From Neoconidiobolus thromboides FSU 785 (taxonomy: Eukaryota > Fungi > Entomophthoromycota), in NCBI GenBank assembly GCA_025603075.1, contig MU626329.1:33102-97101 (forward strand): 64,000 nt of DNA. Direction: 5' to 3'. The position numbers and the translations under genes are program-made. A model generated the notes under the pieces. The model was given only the letters and a program-made list of their open reading frames with translations. It was not told where the DNA came from and searched no databases. Shown in pieces: positions 1-12,175 of this stretch (positions are counted from its first letter, which is position 1; each line of letters opens with the position of its first letter).

Positions 1-39
1 AAAAGATAGAAAAAGTGATGAAGTCAAAAAACACTCCCA
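1..39 (+). mobile_element. ~105-bp TIR element, right end only (truncated by window edge)
   Basis: GAAAAAGTGATGAAGTCAAAAAACACTCCCA matches the right half of the copies at 38385 and 27927. Confidence 0.7.
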
Positions 40-376
40 GATTGTATTAAAAAACATCACTGATTAAACCGACAGCCAAATAACGCTTTTCAATATAGTG
101 TTAGTTTTTAATTTTCTGAACACCCTTTTCAAACCAAAAAGGTATACAATGTTTTGTTGTTCTTAATTGTAAAATAGAGTCAATTAATTTATAGTGAAAG
201 TAAAAAACTTTAGATAGAAAAGAACTCTTTATTAAAATTTTAAAAAGCAAACTACTATTTAGCCTACAGCCTACTTTGCACAAATTAAAAAGTCAGATTA
301 CTTAGAAATCGCCTTATAATATTAAACCTATCAAAAATTATAATGAGTATAATAGTTTATCAATTTCAATACAGAC

Positions 377-475
377 TATGGGAGTGCTTTTGTGACTTCA
401 TTTTTTCCATTTTTAAGCACCATTTGTGGAAAATTTGTTAATAAAACTCTTGAACACAAAAACACATCTCTTTAT
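377..475 (-). mobile_element. ~105-bp TIR element copy
   Basis: TATGGGAGTGCTTTTGTGACTTCATTTTTTCCATTTTTAAGCAC...GAACACAAAAACACATCTC is the reverse complement of the family consensus. Confidence 0.75.
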
Positions 476-543
476 GAAACCCAAGAAAATTGGTAAATAT
501 TAGCTAATTATATATACTTGCACATTACTAAGATAAATAGTAA

Positions 544-617
544 GCTCGTATGGCGCAATTGGCTAGCGCGTTCGACTGTTAATCGAGAGGTTGCTGGTTC
601 GATCCCAGCTATGAGCG
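544..617 (+). tRNA. tRNA-Asn (GTT)
   Basis: Acceptor stem GCTCGTA/TATGAGC, D-arm GCGC..GCGC, anticodon loop CT-GTT-AA, T-loop TTCGATC; 74 nt cloverleaf. Confidence 0.96.
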
Positions 618-968
618 TCTACTAAATGTAGTTGCTACTATTTTAAAAATGTTTTGTTAAATGTAAACTTTAAAAACGGTAAAAGTTTGCTGAATTTGGT
701 ATTATTTAAATTCAGCTATAAATCAAAAACGTTCAATTACAAGCTATTTTGATGCTTTTTAATAAAGTCTTTTACAAAAATACTTAATAAATCAAATAAA
801 TAGTAATACACATTTTAGTTATAATATTTTTTATAAAATGTGAAGCAATTCAACTGAAAATAAGCAAAAAACTATTGAATCCGACTGGAAAACCCTGCAA
901 TTATAAATATTCAATAAAATTTTGCTTGTAATGAATAGCAGCCATTAAACTGCACAACAAAAATTATA

Positions 969-1051
969 TGATCAGGATGGGATTCGAACCCACGCCTCCG
1001 AAGAGACCGCGGCCTTAACACGGCGCCTTAGACCAACTCGGCCACCTGATC
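969..1051 (-). tRNA. tRNA-Leu (AAG)
   Basis: Reverse complement GATCAGGTGGCCGAGTTGGTCTAAGGCGCCGTGTTAAGGCCGCGG...GGTTCGAATCCCATCCTGATCA; long variable arm; anticodon AAG. Confidence 0.95.
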
Positions 1052-1651
1052 CTTTTATCTATTTAATAAAATAATACTATGTTATTAATTTTGTTTTTAA
1101 TCAAATTATTAAATCTTATTAAAGCTAGTATCTTTTATATTTGAGATAGTTTAAATGTATTTTATATAATACGTGCTTTTTCAAAAGTTTTAATACAATA
1201 GAATAAATGCTAAGTATAAATTTATATTTAAAGTTTGAAGTTTATTATTATTCATCCAAGTGGTTGTAATATTTATTGTCAAGTCACTAACATTATTTAA
1301 AAGAACTCATAAGGATCAATAATTTTAATAAACTAAAAAATATCCTTATACTGTGAATCATTTTAACTAAATTTACTTCTATATCATTTGTTTCAGTATA
1401 TAGGTCTAATATCACAACTCCATATTGAATTAAAGGTTGTTAAATTAATAGTAAATTAATTATTTTAATTGGTTATTCATATTTCAAAATTCAATAACTT
1501 CCAAATCCAAAAAATTAAGCATATAATATGAAACTCCACTTGAGTTCATTGTTGTTACATTTTGTTCATATTATTTAATTTGAATAGCTGCCCATAATAG
1601 TATTATTTAAGAATTATAGTTCAAAGCTTCGGAACCTTTTGATAAAATAGC

Positions 1652-1733
1652 ATATGGGAATGTGTTTTTGTATTCAAGAATTTTACTAATAATTTTTCCA
1701 CTCAAATAGCGTTTAAAAGAAACATCACCATAT
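1652..1733 (+). mobile_element. ~105-bp TIR element copy, internally deleted (~82 bp)
   Basis: ATATGGGAATGTGTTTTTG...CCACTCAAATAGCGTTTAAAAGAAACATCACCATAT; lacks the GGAAAAA..ATGAAGTC segment. Confidence 0.75.
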
Positions 1734-2611
1734 CGTCTAGAAAACACTTTATGAAATCGAGTTATAATCCTAACCAAAGGGCTAAAGCTAACGCTTTAGC
1801 TCTAAAATAAGGTCAAGAAATATGCTATATAATTGATCTAAAAATTCAATATACATATTCTTATTAAAGTTCTTTATTCGTTTATTTCTATTACTAAATT
1901 GAGTGTTACAATTCTTTATTTACTTTGATTTATATATTAACCTACTTGTTATACTCCATTTAGTTATTACTTTATCTTTAAAAAAATAATTATAGAATAT
2001 ATATATCTAATATATAAAGATAACGATTAATGGGGGATAAGCAGATAATCTTCGTTGTCTTGTTAATATGAAATTAATGAATTTTTATGTCATAATTAAG
2101 ATCCGGATTAATTTATTGTTTATAATCTAAAACTACAAGATACTCCATATAGTAAAGTCAAAACTACTCACTATGAATTAAAAATTAAAATAAAACTTAG
2201 TTTTACTAAGATGATAAGGAGATTGAAGGTATATTTATAACATCAATATATGAAGTATGAAATTGACATGCATTATTTGAATTTAAAATATTTAGGTAAG
2301 TTGTTTTGTTTTTGTATTGATACTGCTGCTTTATTATCATTTTCTTAATTACATATAACTAAAATTAAATGGGGATAAAGCTGTATTTAATTTAGTTATT
2401 AATGTATAGATTATCTAAAAATAAAAAATCGAGAATTCAGAGGTCAGCTGAAATAAATAGATTCAGTGCACTTAGAAATAATTAACAAATTAAGATATTA
2501 ATATCACATTAAACAAAAGCTCATAGCTTTGGTAAATTGTACTCATAAAACACAGCATTATAAATCAATTAAATCTGTCGCTTTTTATTTTTATTTTTAA
2601 TAATTAATATC

Positions 2612-3649
2612 ATGATTTTATCAATAGGACAAAGTATACAGGTGGTGGTGGCAGTTATAGGATTATTCTTAAATGTAATAGTTGGACTTGTTGTTAGTAT
2701 TGGCCTAGGTTTGAAATCAACTGATTTAATATTAATCTTCATTATTGCTCTTCTTGATTCTTACTATTACCTTCATAACATAGTGAGAATGATCTTAATA
2801 GGAGTTGAATATTTAGTGGTAGACTCAAACAGATTAAACCCAGATCCTTCATGGTGGTGCCCTTTTGATGCTACAATTGATATGTCGCTTTATCTAGCTT
2901 GTATTGAATTAGTGGCCATCCTTAGTTTTATGCGATATTTAAGTATTTGTAGGAAAAAGAATCTGAGTCCCATTGTTTGGTATTCTATTGCTGCATTCTC
3001 TTTTTGTACCAATTTCATTTTTTCTTTAGTTTATATTGGTAATGGGTATTATAAGTGGTCTGTTACTGAATTAGTATGCGTTACAGGAAATGACCCTGAA
3101 TCTACTAATGTTGGTTACATTCGCTACTATAATTTTTGGTTCACTAGTTACACCGTACGGTCCTTTATTTCCCTTGTTATTATAGCATTTTCTTATTTCA
3201 ATATGACTACTGTTTATTATGAGAAATTATCTTCATCAGGAGATATACTAATGAAAAACCAACTTAAATCTAAAGATGAAGACTTCAAGCCTCAGCATAC
3301 TTCGCAATATTTCAATACAAGTGGGATAGAAAATTATAATGTGCAAAGGAACCAAATTTATAAGCAAAAATGGTTCACAGTCCTAAAATTAATGGGTGCG
3401 ATTCTTGCTTATTCTATTTGTTTAATTCCAGATATCACTTTTAACATCATTAGGTTGCTTCCAGATAGCTTCCCATACACAAACATAACTACCGACGTAT
3501 TCACAGCATCCAACTTACTTTTAAGTTGTTATGGGTTGGTTAATTCGCTTTTTGTATTACTTTCACATGATCCTTCTAAGCGATATCTCGCTTTTAAATT
3601 AGAATGTTTTGTCAATAACGTTAAAGGATGCCTTGGTTTTGATTGTTGA
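2612..3649 (+). CDS. Rhodopsin-like (class A-type) 7TM receptor, paralogue 1
   Basis: 345-aa intronless ORF with seven hydrophobic segments, WWC before TM3, MRY at the end of TM3, ECL2 Cys (ELVC), TM6 ICLIP and TM7 LVNSLF. Family assignment is by motif only. Confidence 0.85.
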   Translation: MILSIGQSIQVVVAVIGLFLNVIVGLVVSIGLGLKSTDLILIFIIALLDSYYYLHNIVRMILIGVEYLVVDSNRLNPDPSWWCPFDATIDMSLYLACIELVAILSFMRYLSICRKKNLSPIVWYSIAAFSFCTNFIFSLVYIGNGYYKWSVTELVCVTGNDPESTNVGYIRYYNFWFTSYTVRSFISLVIIAFSYFNMTTVYYEKLSSSGDILMKNQLKSKDEDFKPQHTSQYFNTSGIENYNVQRNQIYKQKWFTVLKLMGAILAYSICLIPDITFNIIRLLPDSFPYTNITTDVFTASNLLLSCYGLVNSLFVLLSHDPSKRYLAFKLECFVNNVKGCLGFDC

Positions 3650-4930
3650 AAGTTTAAAATAAAAGTATTAGATATGTCTTCTATCTACATATTATTTGTA
3701 ATTGTTTAGACATTATTGAAGTTGATTTGGGTAAATTAAGAAATCACGTGTTTATATAGCTCAAAGATTTATACATGTGATGTTATAGCTCAGGTTCTCA
3801 TTTTACATCAAGTAAAATAAAGTAGTGCTATATCACTCATGAAAGAAACACTTATTCATAAAGCTTCCATGGTTATAAAATCTAGTACTTTGGTTCTATT
3901 AATTAAAGAAGCATCCTTATAATAAGGCTATTTTTCCATGTATATTATTCATTTTGAACAAAAATATGCAAATGCTAACTTATAGTAATTATGCAATATA
4001 AAAACCATGAATAGCTTTGGCTCACCAAAAAAATTTAATTATTCTAAGAAATTGTTATAATAACTATAATTTTAAAGTCATCCCATGATAAATGTATTTT
4101 GGATAAAACCAGATTTAGCGCCTTTATTACCATAATTATTCAATCTATATAAACACAAAGTATTGACGTTTTACATCTTTGTTCTTACTATACTCAAAAT
4201 AAGCTAAAACACCTTTTAGAAGCACCATGCACTATTATACATTTCATATGCAGAATATTTTCTTTGTAACTAGACATTCAAGCTAGTGTATTTTAATTTT
4301 TGCCACTTTAAACCACCACCAAAAGCTGTTCTATTTTATCAAACCAATGATAGTATAATATTAAATTTATCTTGAGATACAATTTGCTTCAGGATACCTT
4401 AACAAAATGGCCTTTATTTAGGCAAATCGTAAATTTTCGTAATCTAATAGTTTACGCAACTACTAATAATATACATAGTTTAAAATTTAATAAAGTATTT
4501 AGTATAAACTTTTACATATGTATATTAATTTACACTTATCTAATGCCATTCGAAATAGCTTTGATAAGTCACCCAGTTATACAAAATATGAAGGTCTAAA
4601 ATCCGCTATTTACGCCCAATATGAGGATACCTTTTAAACTTTAATTGTGTAGCAGTTTACCGCTCATTTTAAAACATAAAAATAGAGAACTAAGCTACTA
4701 TCCAGTATAGATAACAAATCATTGATTATAAAAACTACTGGTAATTGATACACAATTAAAGTTAAAGAGCTGGAGAATAAATAATATGAATATGAAACTG
4801 AGTTATGATATAAAAAGAATAAAGTGTAAATAAAAACCACGAATATTTTTTTGTTTTTACTTGTTTTACTACATTTGAATATCACAATTAAAACTTACCT
4901 GGCCTATTAATATTCAACTCAAAGCTCTAA

Positions 4931-5977
4931 ATGATATTGACTACAGGACAGTGCTTACAGTTAGCTATAGCAATAATAGGACTTGTTTTAAATATAGCGG
5001 TGGGCCTTGTTGTTGGCTTTGGTTTAAAATTAAAGAGCCCAGATTTAAAGCTAATGCTAGTTATGTCAATATTGGACACTTATTATTATATTCATAATAT
5101 AGTGAGGATAAGTTTAATAAGTTTGGAATATTTAATGGTTGACACGATAGATTTAAATCCTGCACCACTGTGGTGGTGTCGTTTTGATGCTACCATTGAT
5201 ATGGCGTTGTATTTAGTATGTATTGAATTGGTAGCCACCCTTAGCTTTATGCGCTATTTAAACATATGTAGGAAGGTAGATATAAAGCCAACTAGATGGT
5301 ACTTAATTGGGCTCTTTTCTTTTATTTCCAATTTTTCGTTCTCGTTGATATATATTTATAATGGTTATTACAAATGGTCGTCAACAAAGTTGGTTTGCAT
5401 TGTTGCTGAAAATCCCAATAACAATTTAACCTTTAAAAATTACTATTACTTTTGGGTATCAAATTATCTATTTCGTTCTTTATTATCACTCCTTATCATT
5501 TCTTTTACTTACTTCAGCATGACAAAAAAATATTTTGAGATAATATCATCAAGAGATGGTTTGTTTAAAGCTCAAGGGAGTTATAGTACTGAAAGGTTAA
5601 GCCATATACATGATAGTTCTCAATATTTACATACAGGTGTAAATGAAACCTATAGCTTGAAAGGTCCAAATTTATTTAAGCAAAAATTATTTACAATAAT
5701 GAAGCTTTTCGGCGCTATATTTGCTTACACCATATGTATTACACCAGATATTGTCCTAAATATACTAAGTCTTCTTCCAGGTGGGTTGGAGGGTTTTGGT
5801 GTAGATATTAGTCTTTCTGTATTTTCTAACCTTTTGTTAAGTTGCTATGGAATAATCAATGCTTTGTTTGTTTTGCTTTCCCATGATCCCTCAAAGCGAT
5901 ATATTTATAATCAAATAGAGTACTTTGTGAAAGGCACCAAATCCTACAATAACCATCAGACTTTGATTCATCAATAG
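4931..5977 (+). CDS. Rhodopsin-like 7TM receptor, paralogue 2
   Basis: 348-aa intronless ORF; WWCRFD, ELVATLSFMRYLNICRK, KLVC, ICITPD, INALFVLLSHDP; aligns end to end with 2612-3649. Confidence 0.85.
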   Translation: MILTTGQCLQLAIAIIGLVLNIAVGLVVGFGLKLKSPDLKLMLVMSILDTYYYIHNIVRISLISLEYLMVDTIDLNPAPLWWCRFDATIDMALYLVCIELVATLSFMRYLNICRKVDIKPTRWYLIGLFSFISNFSFSLIYIYNGYYKWSSTKLVCIVAENPNNNLTFKNYYYFWVSNYLFRSLLSLLIISFTYFSMTKKYFEIISSRDGLFKAQGSYSTERLSHIHDSSQYLHTGVNETYSLKGPNLFKQKLFTIMKLFGAIFAYTICITPDIVLNILSLLPGGLEGFGVDISLSVFSNLLLSCYGIINALFVLLSHDPSKRYIYNQIEYFVKGTKSYNNHQTLIHQ

Positions 5978-7159
5978 GCTATTGTATATTAATTTAAAAT
6001 TTTAGTATTAGAACTTCAGAAAGTTTAATTAATTCAAATATACTATAAATCACAAATAAAATTACACATATCTTCTTGATTTAAAACTTTGAAATATCTA
6101 CTCATCATAGCCATTAGTTTTATGTTATATACTATATATATTCCATATAGCTAATTAAAAAGCACTTTTAATCAAATATTCAAAGGTATATAATGAGAAG
6201 GATATGGTGATATAGAAAAGCGGTAAAGCCTATTTACAACGATGTTGGGCTATAAAAGTAATACAAGTGTTATTTTGATAAATATTAACGTTAAATTTAA
6301 CCCACATTCTATCAACTATTGTTAATATTCTGTTTACTAATAGAATATATTACCTGAATATGGCAATGTTTGTTGTTAACAGCGTGCTTTTTTATTACCG
6401 TAGAGTGTATTATATTATCCTGATTTTTGAGATAGAGATTAGACAAAATGAATATTTAGTAAATATTCAACAAGTTTAATGTAATTCTAAATTATTTACT
6501 CAAATTTTTTGATTGAAATATGGGATAAGATTCATTCCGAAATTTTTTTATTTAGTGCTCTTGTTCACTTTTAATGTAGTATAAAATTCAGAAGAAATCA
6601 GTTAAATACTGAAACAAAAAGGCATTCATATATAATTGCAATGTTAAAATTAATTCATTAATTATTAATCATTTTAAATTTTCGTATATTCTTAAGCATT
6701 TAATAATCCTAACAAATAAATAAATAAAAATAAAAACATAATACTACTTATAGAATATAACCCATTATTTTTTATAGTATTGCATCTTCAGCTGTGGTTA
6801 TTTTCGTTTCAGTTTAATAATAAATTAGTCATTTCCATATATTTGTTTATTTTCTAGATAAATCTCAAGTGGTAAGGATATAAAATTGTAATAGAGATAA
6901 ATTTTTACAGCAAAAATATATTTGTCTTTGAACAAAGTAAACCATTATTCATTCAGATAAGAATTTGGTTTTTTTTAGTATAAAAAATAACCATGCATAT
7001 AGGATTGCCTTATAGTTTATTATACATTAGCCCAGCTATGACTCAAAAGCTATAAGCATGTACTTTAGTAATAACTTAAGTGTATTTAGATCCAAAATTG
7101 ACTCTTGGCTAAACGAAGGTAACAATCCTGAAAGCAACCACATCAGGGTATCTTTAAAG

Positions 7160-7203
7160 CTGTATTTTAAGCACAAGGCCTTAGACTACTTGGTCGAGTT
7201 TAC
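7160..7203 (-). pseudogene. Degenerate 5' half of a tRNA-Leu(TAA)-like gene
   Basis: Reverse complement GTAAACTCGACCAAGTAGTCTAAGGCCTTGTGCTTAAAATACAG matches 31 of 44 nt of the tRNA-Leu(TAA) at 10888 without gaps. No T-arm is recognisable. Confidence 0.5.
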
Positions 7204-7424
7204 TTTTTAATTATGAAGATAGGACTTAGATTTCAAAAAAATACTATAGCAAAAAATGGTTAAATCTGTACTTAAATTTTATATCAAAAATAATATAATG
7301 AATTTTATCTATAAACTAAAGGGCGGAGACTAAAAACATAGCTATAAACTGGATCTATCCACTAATTTATACATACTTTTCTTAACTAGAGTTTTTATAA
7401 TTCTATTACATAAAACTTTCAAAC

Positions 7425-7530
7425 ATATGGGGGTGTTTTTTTGATTTCCTCACTTTCTCTATCTTTTAAGCATTATTTGAGCGAAAAATTCATTAGTAAA
7501 ATTCTTAAACATAAAAATACATCCTCGTAT
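7425..7530 (-). mobile_element. ~105-bp TIR element copy
   Basis: ATATGGGGGTGTTTTT...TTATTTGAGCGAAAAATT...AAAAATACATCCTCGTAT, reverse orientation of the consensus. Confidence 0.75.
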
Positions 7531-8086
7531 TTTTGTGATAACATAATCATAACAATGATACTTTATACTATTTTTTGAGGCTGTCAATTCATCATAAAAA
7601 CCATGATCCTTTAGATGGTGTTCTCGTTATACAAATATATAGACTCGTGGATTCTTTAAAGCGCCATATTTCTAGAATAGTAATTGTTGGTTAAAACAAT
7701 AACATTGAATATAATATTACATATTTTTAATAAAGTTATGTCGCTGAAACTTTTTATTTTTGTTAAATTCACCAATAAAAAAGTGGCTCGATAGTACTTA
7801 AAAAGAATTGAAAAGAACACTATCTTAAGAAGAGGAATAAGAGGCAGGTGACAAAGCAAAAATATATTATAAACGGACATAATCTATAGATTATTGCAAA
7901 AAAAGGAAGACACTTAATTCAAAGAGGCATATTTAAAATAAGAAAATTAATAGAATAGCATATTTGTGATTTAAATAAAGGGTAATTTTAAACTTTAATT
8001 CATTTTTGATGAATATATAAAGGAAACTTCAGATTTTTTGTTAAACAATTTTTAGATTAATTTATTTTTAACTATTTAATTTAAAA

Positions 8087-9115
8087 ATGGAGATGCTTAG
8101 TGGTCAGATAGCAATGATAATAGCCTCAGTTATTGGGCTAGTTCTAAACTTGTTAGTAGGAGCGATTGTCACTATTGGTTTACAATTAAAAAGTATCGAC
8201 TTAAAAATGATAGCGATCATTTCACTCACCGATATCATTTTTTATTTTTGGAATATACTAAGGGTTATTCTTAACAGTACAAATTTAGTACCAATAGCAT
8301 TTGATATTTTACACCAAACCCCTACCTGGTGGTGCCCATTAGATTTTGTTATTACTATGACCTGCTTAGGCACGTCAGTGGAATTAGTTGCAATTCTAGG
8401 GCTGATTCGCTATACAAAAATTTGTTGCCAAAAGGAATTACCTTCATACGTCTGGTATGGTCTAGTAGTTTTGTCATTTTCGCTATCGATAGCCTTAGCG
8501 TTAGGAAATGAATATTATGGGTACTATTTTTGGTCAAGGACTCAAATGTTTTGCTTGGTAGCGATAAATACTAATATAGCAGAGGGATTGTTAAATTACC
8601 AATATTATTTGATTTTTTATTGTTTTTATGCTATTAGAAGTATTATTGCTTTAGTTATTATTGCATTTTGCTATTTCAAAGTTACTACTGTCTATCGCCA
8701 AGCCCTTAAATCAACAATAACTATTAATTTGAAGAAGAAAACTCAATTATCTGACAGTATAATTAATCAAAATAATGATTCGGAATTCATTCCAAGTAAA
8801 GATAGCGTAGAAACATTTGAAAGTGAAAGTCCGGAAGAAACTGCAATAATGCATCGCAGCCACAATCTAAAAATAAATCGTAATTTTGCTACTATTAAAA
8901 TGATGAGTGCAAGTTTAGCATATATGATTTGCTTGTTACCTGATGTTATCCTTACTATTCTTGATCTTGGTTTTGATTCATACCCTGGCCCTTCTGTAGC
9001 GACTGCTTCTAATGTCTTACTTTGTTTTACAGGAGTAGTGTCTGCTCTCTTTGTCCTCTTATCTCATGCTCCTTCACGAGAATTTCTTGTGAGACATGTT
9101 AGATCAATGTTTTAG
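8087..9115 (+). CDS. Rhodopsin-like 7TM receptor, paralogue 3
   Basis: 342-aa intronless ORF; WWCPLD, ELVAILGLIRYTKICC, MFCL, ICLLPD, VVSALFVLLSHAP. Confidence 0.85.
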   Translation: MEMLSGQIAMIIASVIGLVLNLLVGAIVTIGLQLKSIDLKMIAIISLTDIIFYFWNILRVILNSTNLVPIAFDILHQTPTWWCPLDFVITMTCLGTSVELVAILGLIRYTKICCQKELPSYVWYGLVVLSFSLSIALALGNEYYGYYFWSRTQMFCLVAINTNIAEGLLNYQYYLIFYCFYAIRSIIALVIIAFCYFKVTTVYRQALKSTITINLKKKTQLSDSIINQNNDSEFIPSKDSVETFESESPEETAIMHRSHNLKINRNFATIKMMSASLAYMICLLPDVILTILDLGFDSYPGPSVATASNVLLCFTGVVSALFVLLSHAPSREFLVRHVRSMF

Positions 9116-9557
9116 ATAAAAATTGAAATAATATTTTTTCTTATAGTAACTATCTCTTTACTTTTTTTTCTAGGCTATCATAAAGTTACAATATTAATCT
9201 AATGAAAAACCCCAATTATTTCACTTATATCAGATTAATAAAGATTATCAACTTATTTCTATTAATGTATAATTAATGTTTTTCTTCATAGTATTAGAAA
9301 TTAGTTGGAACAATTTGAGATAAATCACCTGTTTTTTATTCTCATGAGTTTTTCCTCCAAAATAATTAATAAGGTAAAATGCTTAATGTGTAAAAGGTGA
9401 TATCAAACTATAATACAACAAATTTTTACGTGGTAGACTACATTAGTCAAAAACTTTGGATGCAAATGCCCTACCATGATATTTTTATTGTACTAAAACC
9501 CATAATAGCATCTATTATGTATCATGTGTTTTTGTGTGTATGCAATTTAAGGTTTTG

Positions 9558-9656
9558 ATATGGGGATGTCTTTGTTTAAGAATTTTACTAAAAAATCCTG
9601 CTCAATAGCACTTTAAAAAGGTAAAATAGTTGAAACCTAAAAGGACACCCCCATAT
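9558..9656 (+). mobile_element. ~105-bp TIR element copy
   Basis: ATATGGGGATGTCTTTGTTTAAGAATTTTACT...CTCAATAGCACTTTAAAA...GGACACCCCCATAT. Confidence 0.75.
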
Positions 9657-10502
9657 TTATCTTTGAGCATTTAGGGTCATAAGCTTCAAATAAAAATTAA
9701 TTTTCAAAAATTACCATCATTAGCAATTTAGATAAAAAATATATATCTATTTAGTATTTATTGCTAATTCTTTAAAAGTTTTTTAAACCTAAAGTATAAA
9801 AACATCATAAATATGTATTTAATTTAGATTATAAATATATGGCCCTTTCAATGATATGTTTATCGCATAATAAGTACTTATTGTATAACACTAAAATATA
9901 AATAACGTACAAATTAATCATCTGACCCCTTTAATCATTTGATCCGTACTGCCAAATTTACTGAATTTTTTGAAACCAAAATTTTCAATATAATAAGCTG
10001 GTGAATTAGTATAATGTTAATGTTCAAACATATATAAAGAAAGAAAGAAATATTACGATCTATTAAGAAAATTATATTTATAGCTTAGATACTTGCTGTT
10101 AACCATCGTTAGAATCATTTTGAAATTTAGCAATAATTGGTCAAGAAGGATAAGGTTTTGTAAAATTGAAGTTATTTAAAAATCAATGTTTCAGGAATTA
10201 AAATACTATACAATATAATGTAATATTGTATTGTATGTGCTAAATAGCTCTGCTCTATAGTTTTATTTTTACTAACAAAGATTCTTCACTAAATATCCTT
10301 ATTGTTGTTTTATTTAACTTCATGCGAAAATACTCAAAACTTAGAATTAAATGATTAAAGAGACCAAAAAGATTAATTTGTACATTATTCAAATTTGTTG
10401 TAAGTTTTGAATTTCATTTAATTTTTTTACCTTTTTTCATTATAAACACTTTAAAATAAGCCCATTATTAATAATAAACATTTTAATAAATTAATAGAAA
10501 TT

Positions 10503-10607
10503 ATATGAGGATATATTTTTGTATTTAAGAGTTTTACCAACAATTTTACACTCAAATAGCGCTTAAAAGATGGAAAAAGTAATGAAGCCAAAAAAATCAT
10601 TCTCGTA
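10503..10607 (+). mobile_element. ~105-bp TIR element copy
   Basis: ATATGAGGATATATTTTTG...CACTCAAATAGCGCTTAAAAGATGGAAAAAGTAATGAAGCC...CATTCTCGTA. Confidence 0.75.
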
Positions 10608-10887
10608 GAATCTTTTAAATTTTCTAAATGAATTCAACTCAAATTATGACATTCAAATAGGTATAACTACATTCTATCTATCGGTTAATTAAGAATATAC
10701 CACTTTTATATATATTTTAACCTTGGTAACTAACAAATGGCTTCCGCCTTGTCTCTTAGTCCTGCATTGTTTTAGCTTCATTAACAGAGAACATTTGCAA
10801 GCCTTCAACTTTCCACTTTAAAATAATCTTATTGAATCTATAGATTTTAAATAAAAATTATATAATTTAATTAGACAAACTAAAGGG

Positions 10888-10969
10888 GTCAATTTGGCCG
10901 AGCGGTCTAAGGCGTTGCACTTAAGATGCAATCTCGAGAGAGGCGTGGGTTCGAACCCCACAGTTGACA
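10888..10969 (+). tRNA. tRNA-Leu (TAA)
   Basis: Acceptor GTCAATT/AGTTGAC, anticodon arm TTGCA-CTTAAGA-TGCAA, long variable arm, GGTTCGAACCC; 82 nt. Confidence 0.96.
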
Positions 10970-11152
10970 TAATATTTTATATTGTCTATTTTAATACTAG
11001 TTATGTATTAAAGCCACTAATAACTGACCGATATAATAATATGAGAAAAGATAGTGCTAATTTTAAAAATTATTCTTCATATTTCTTTATTAAAATAAAT
11101 TTTATTCTGAATATATATATAAGAGAAGAGTGTATCCTTTAGAAATAAAAGA

Positions 11153-12175
11153 TTAAAGTAAAGAATTTGTTGAAAAGATCTTATCAAAAGTATTAAAAAA
11201 ATAGGTCCTAGTTGGAGCATGAGAAAATAACACGAATAGGGCAGAAACAATACCAGTGCAGCTACATAATGAATTGATTGCCGTTTTTGCACCAGTACTA
11301 AAGCTGACTCCCAGTACTAATACTGTAAAGGTTTGAATTGCATCGGGTAATAAACATAGAACATAAGCTAAAGTTGGTGCTATTAATTTTAACATTTGAA
11401 CTGCTCTTTTTATTCTACTACTTGTAGAACATTGGTTAATTATTCTTATATTTTGATTATTATCTTCAACGTTTAGATCTTCTTTAAATTGTGAATAATC
11501 TAATCTATTATGGTTGCCTTGACTTGAATGTGTTAAGGATTGTCTTATTACCTTGCGATAGGCTCTAGATATACTAAAATAACAAAACGTAATTATAGAT
11601 AATGAGATCAAATATCTTATCACAAAAATAACAAAGTAGATGTCATAATATAAGACATTACTTAATTGGTTAGGATCTTCAGGGCCGGATGGTGTATATG
11701 TAGTTGGTAAACAGTACATTTTCGTTGCTGACCAGCCATAATAGCCGTAGTAATGATGAATCGAAACTAACGTAAAAGAAAGTGAAACTAAAAATAAGGC
11801 CATACTATAAAATACGTAATTTGGTATTGGTCTATTTACAAAAATTTTGCAGTATCTCATTAAACTCAATACTGCAACTAAATCAATAGATAGCTCTAAT
11901 GTTGGTAAGGTTATAGTCACATCATAAATACACCACCATTTTGGTATTTGAATTAATGAATCGCTATTTACTAGTATTATATCGCTATTTGATAGTATAG
12001 TCCTTAATATATTGTTTGAATAATAAACAATATCATTTAAGGCGATGATTAAAACCAATATTAAATCGGAGTTGCTTAATTTTAAACCTATAGCAACAAT
12101 TGAACCAACTAACAAATTCAATATCAAACCTATCATAGATATTATTACTAACACAATTTGACCTAGATGTAGCAT
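11153..12175 (-). CDS. Rhodopsin-like 7TM receptor, paralogue 4
   Basis: 340-aa intronless ORF; WWCIYD, DLVAVLSLMRYCKIF, MYCLP, LCLLPD, IVSALFVLFSHAP. Confidence 0.85.
   Translation of the reverse strand: MLHLGQIVLVIISMIGLILNLLVGSIVAIGLKLSNSDLILVLIIALNDIVYYSNNILRTILSNSDIILVNSDSLIQIPKWWCIYDVTITLPTLELSIDLVAVLSLMRYCKIFVNRPIPNYVFYSMALFLVSLSFTLVSIHHYYGYYGWSATKMYCLPTTYTPSGPEDPNQLSNVLYYDIYFVIFVIRYLISLSIITFCYFSISRAYRKVIRQSLTHSSQGNHNRLDYSQFKEDLNVEDNNQNIRIINQCSTSSRIKRAVQMLKLIAPTLAYVLCLLPDAIQTFTVLVLGVSFSTGAKTAINSLCSCTGIVSALFVLFSHAPTRTYFFNTFDKIFSTNSLL

Noticed and set aside
4891-4905. ACTTACCTGG resembling the U1 snRNA 5' end
   Set aside because: Only 10 nt match; there are no U1 stem-loops or Sm site, and it lies just upstream of a GPCR start codon.
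10894-11142. 82-aa ORF MAERSKALHLRCNLERGVGSNP
   Set aside because: It is a translation of the tRNA-Leu(TAA) gene plus AT-rich flank.
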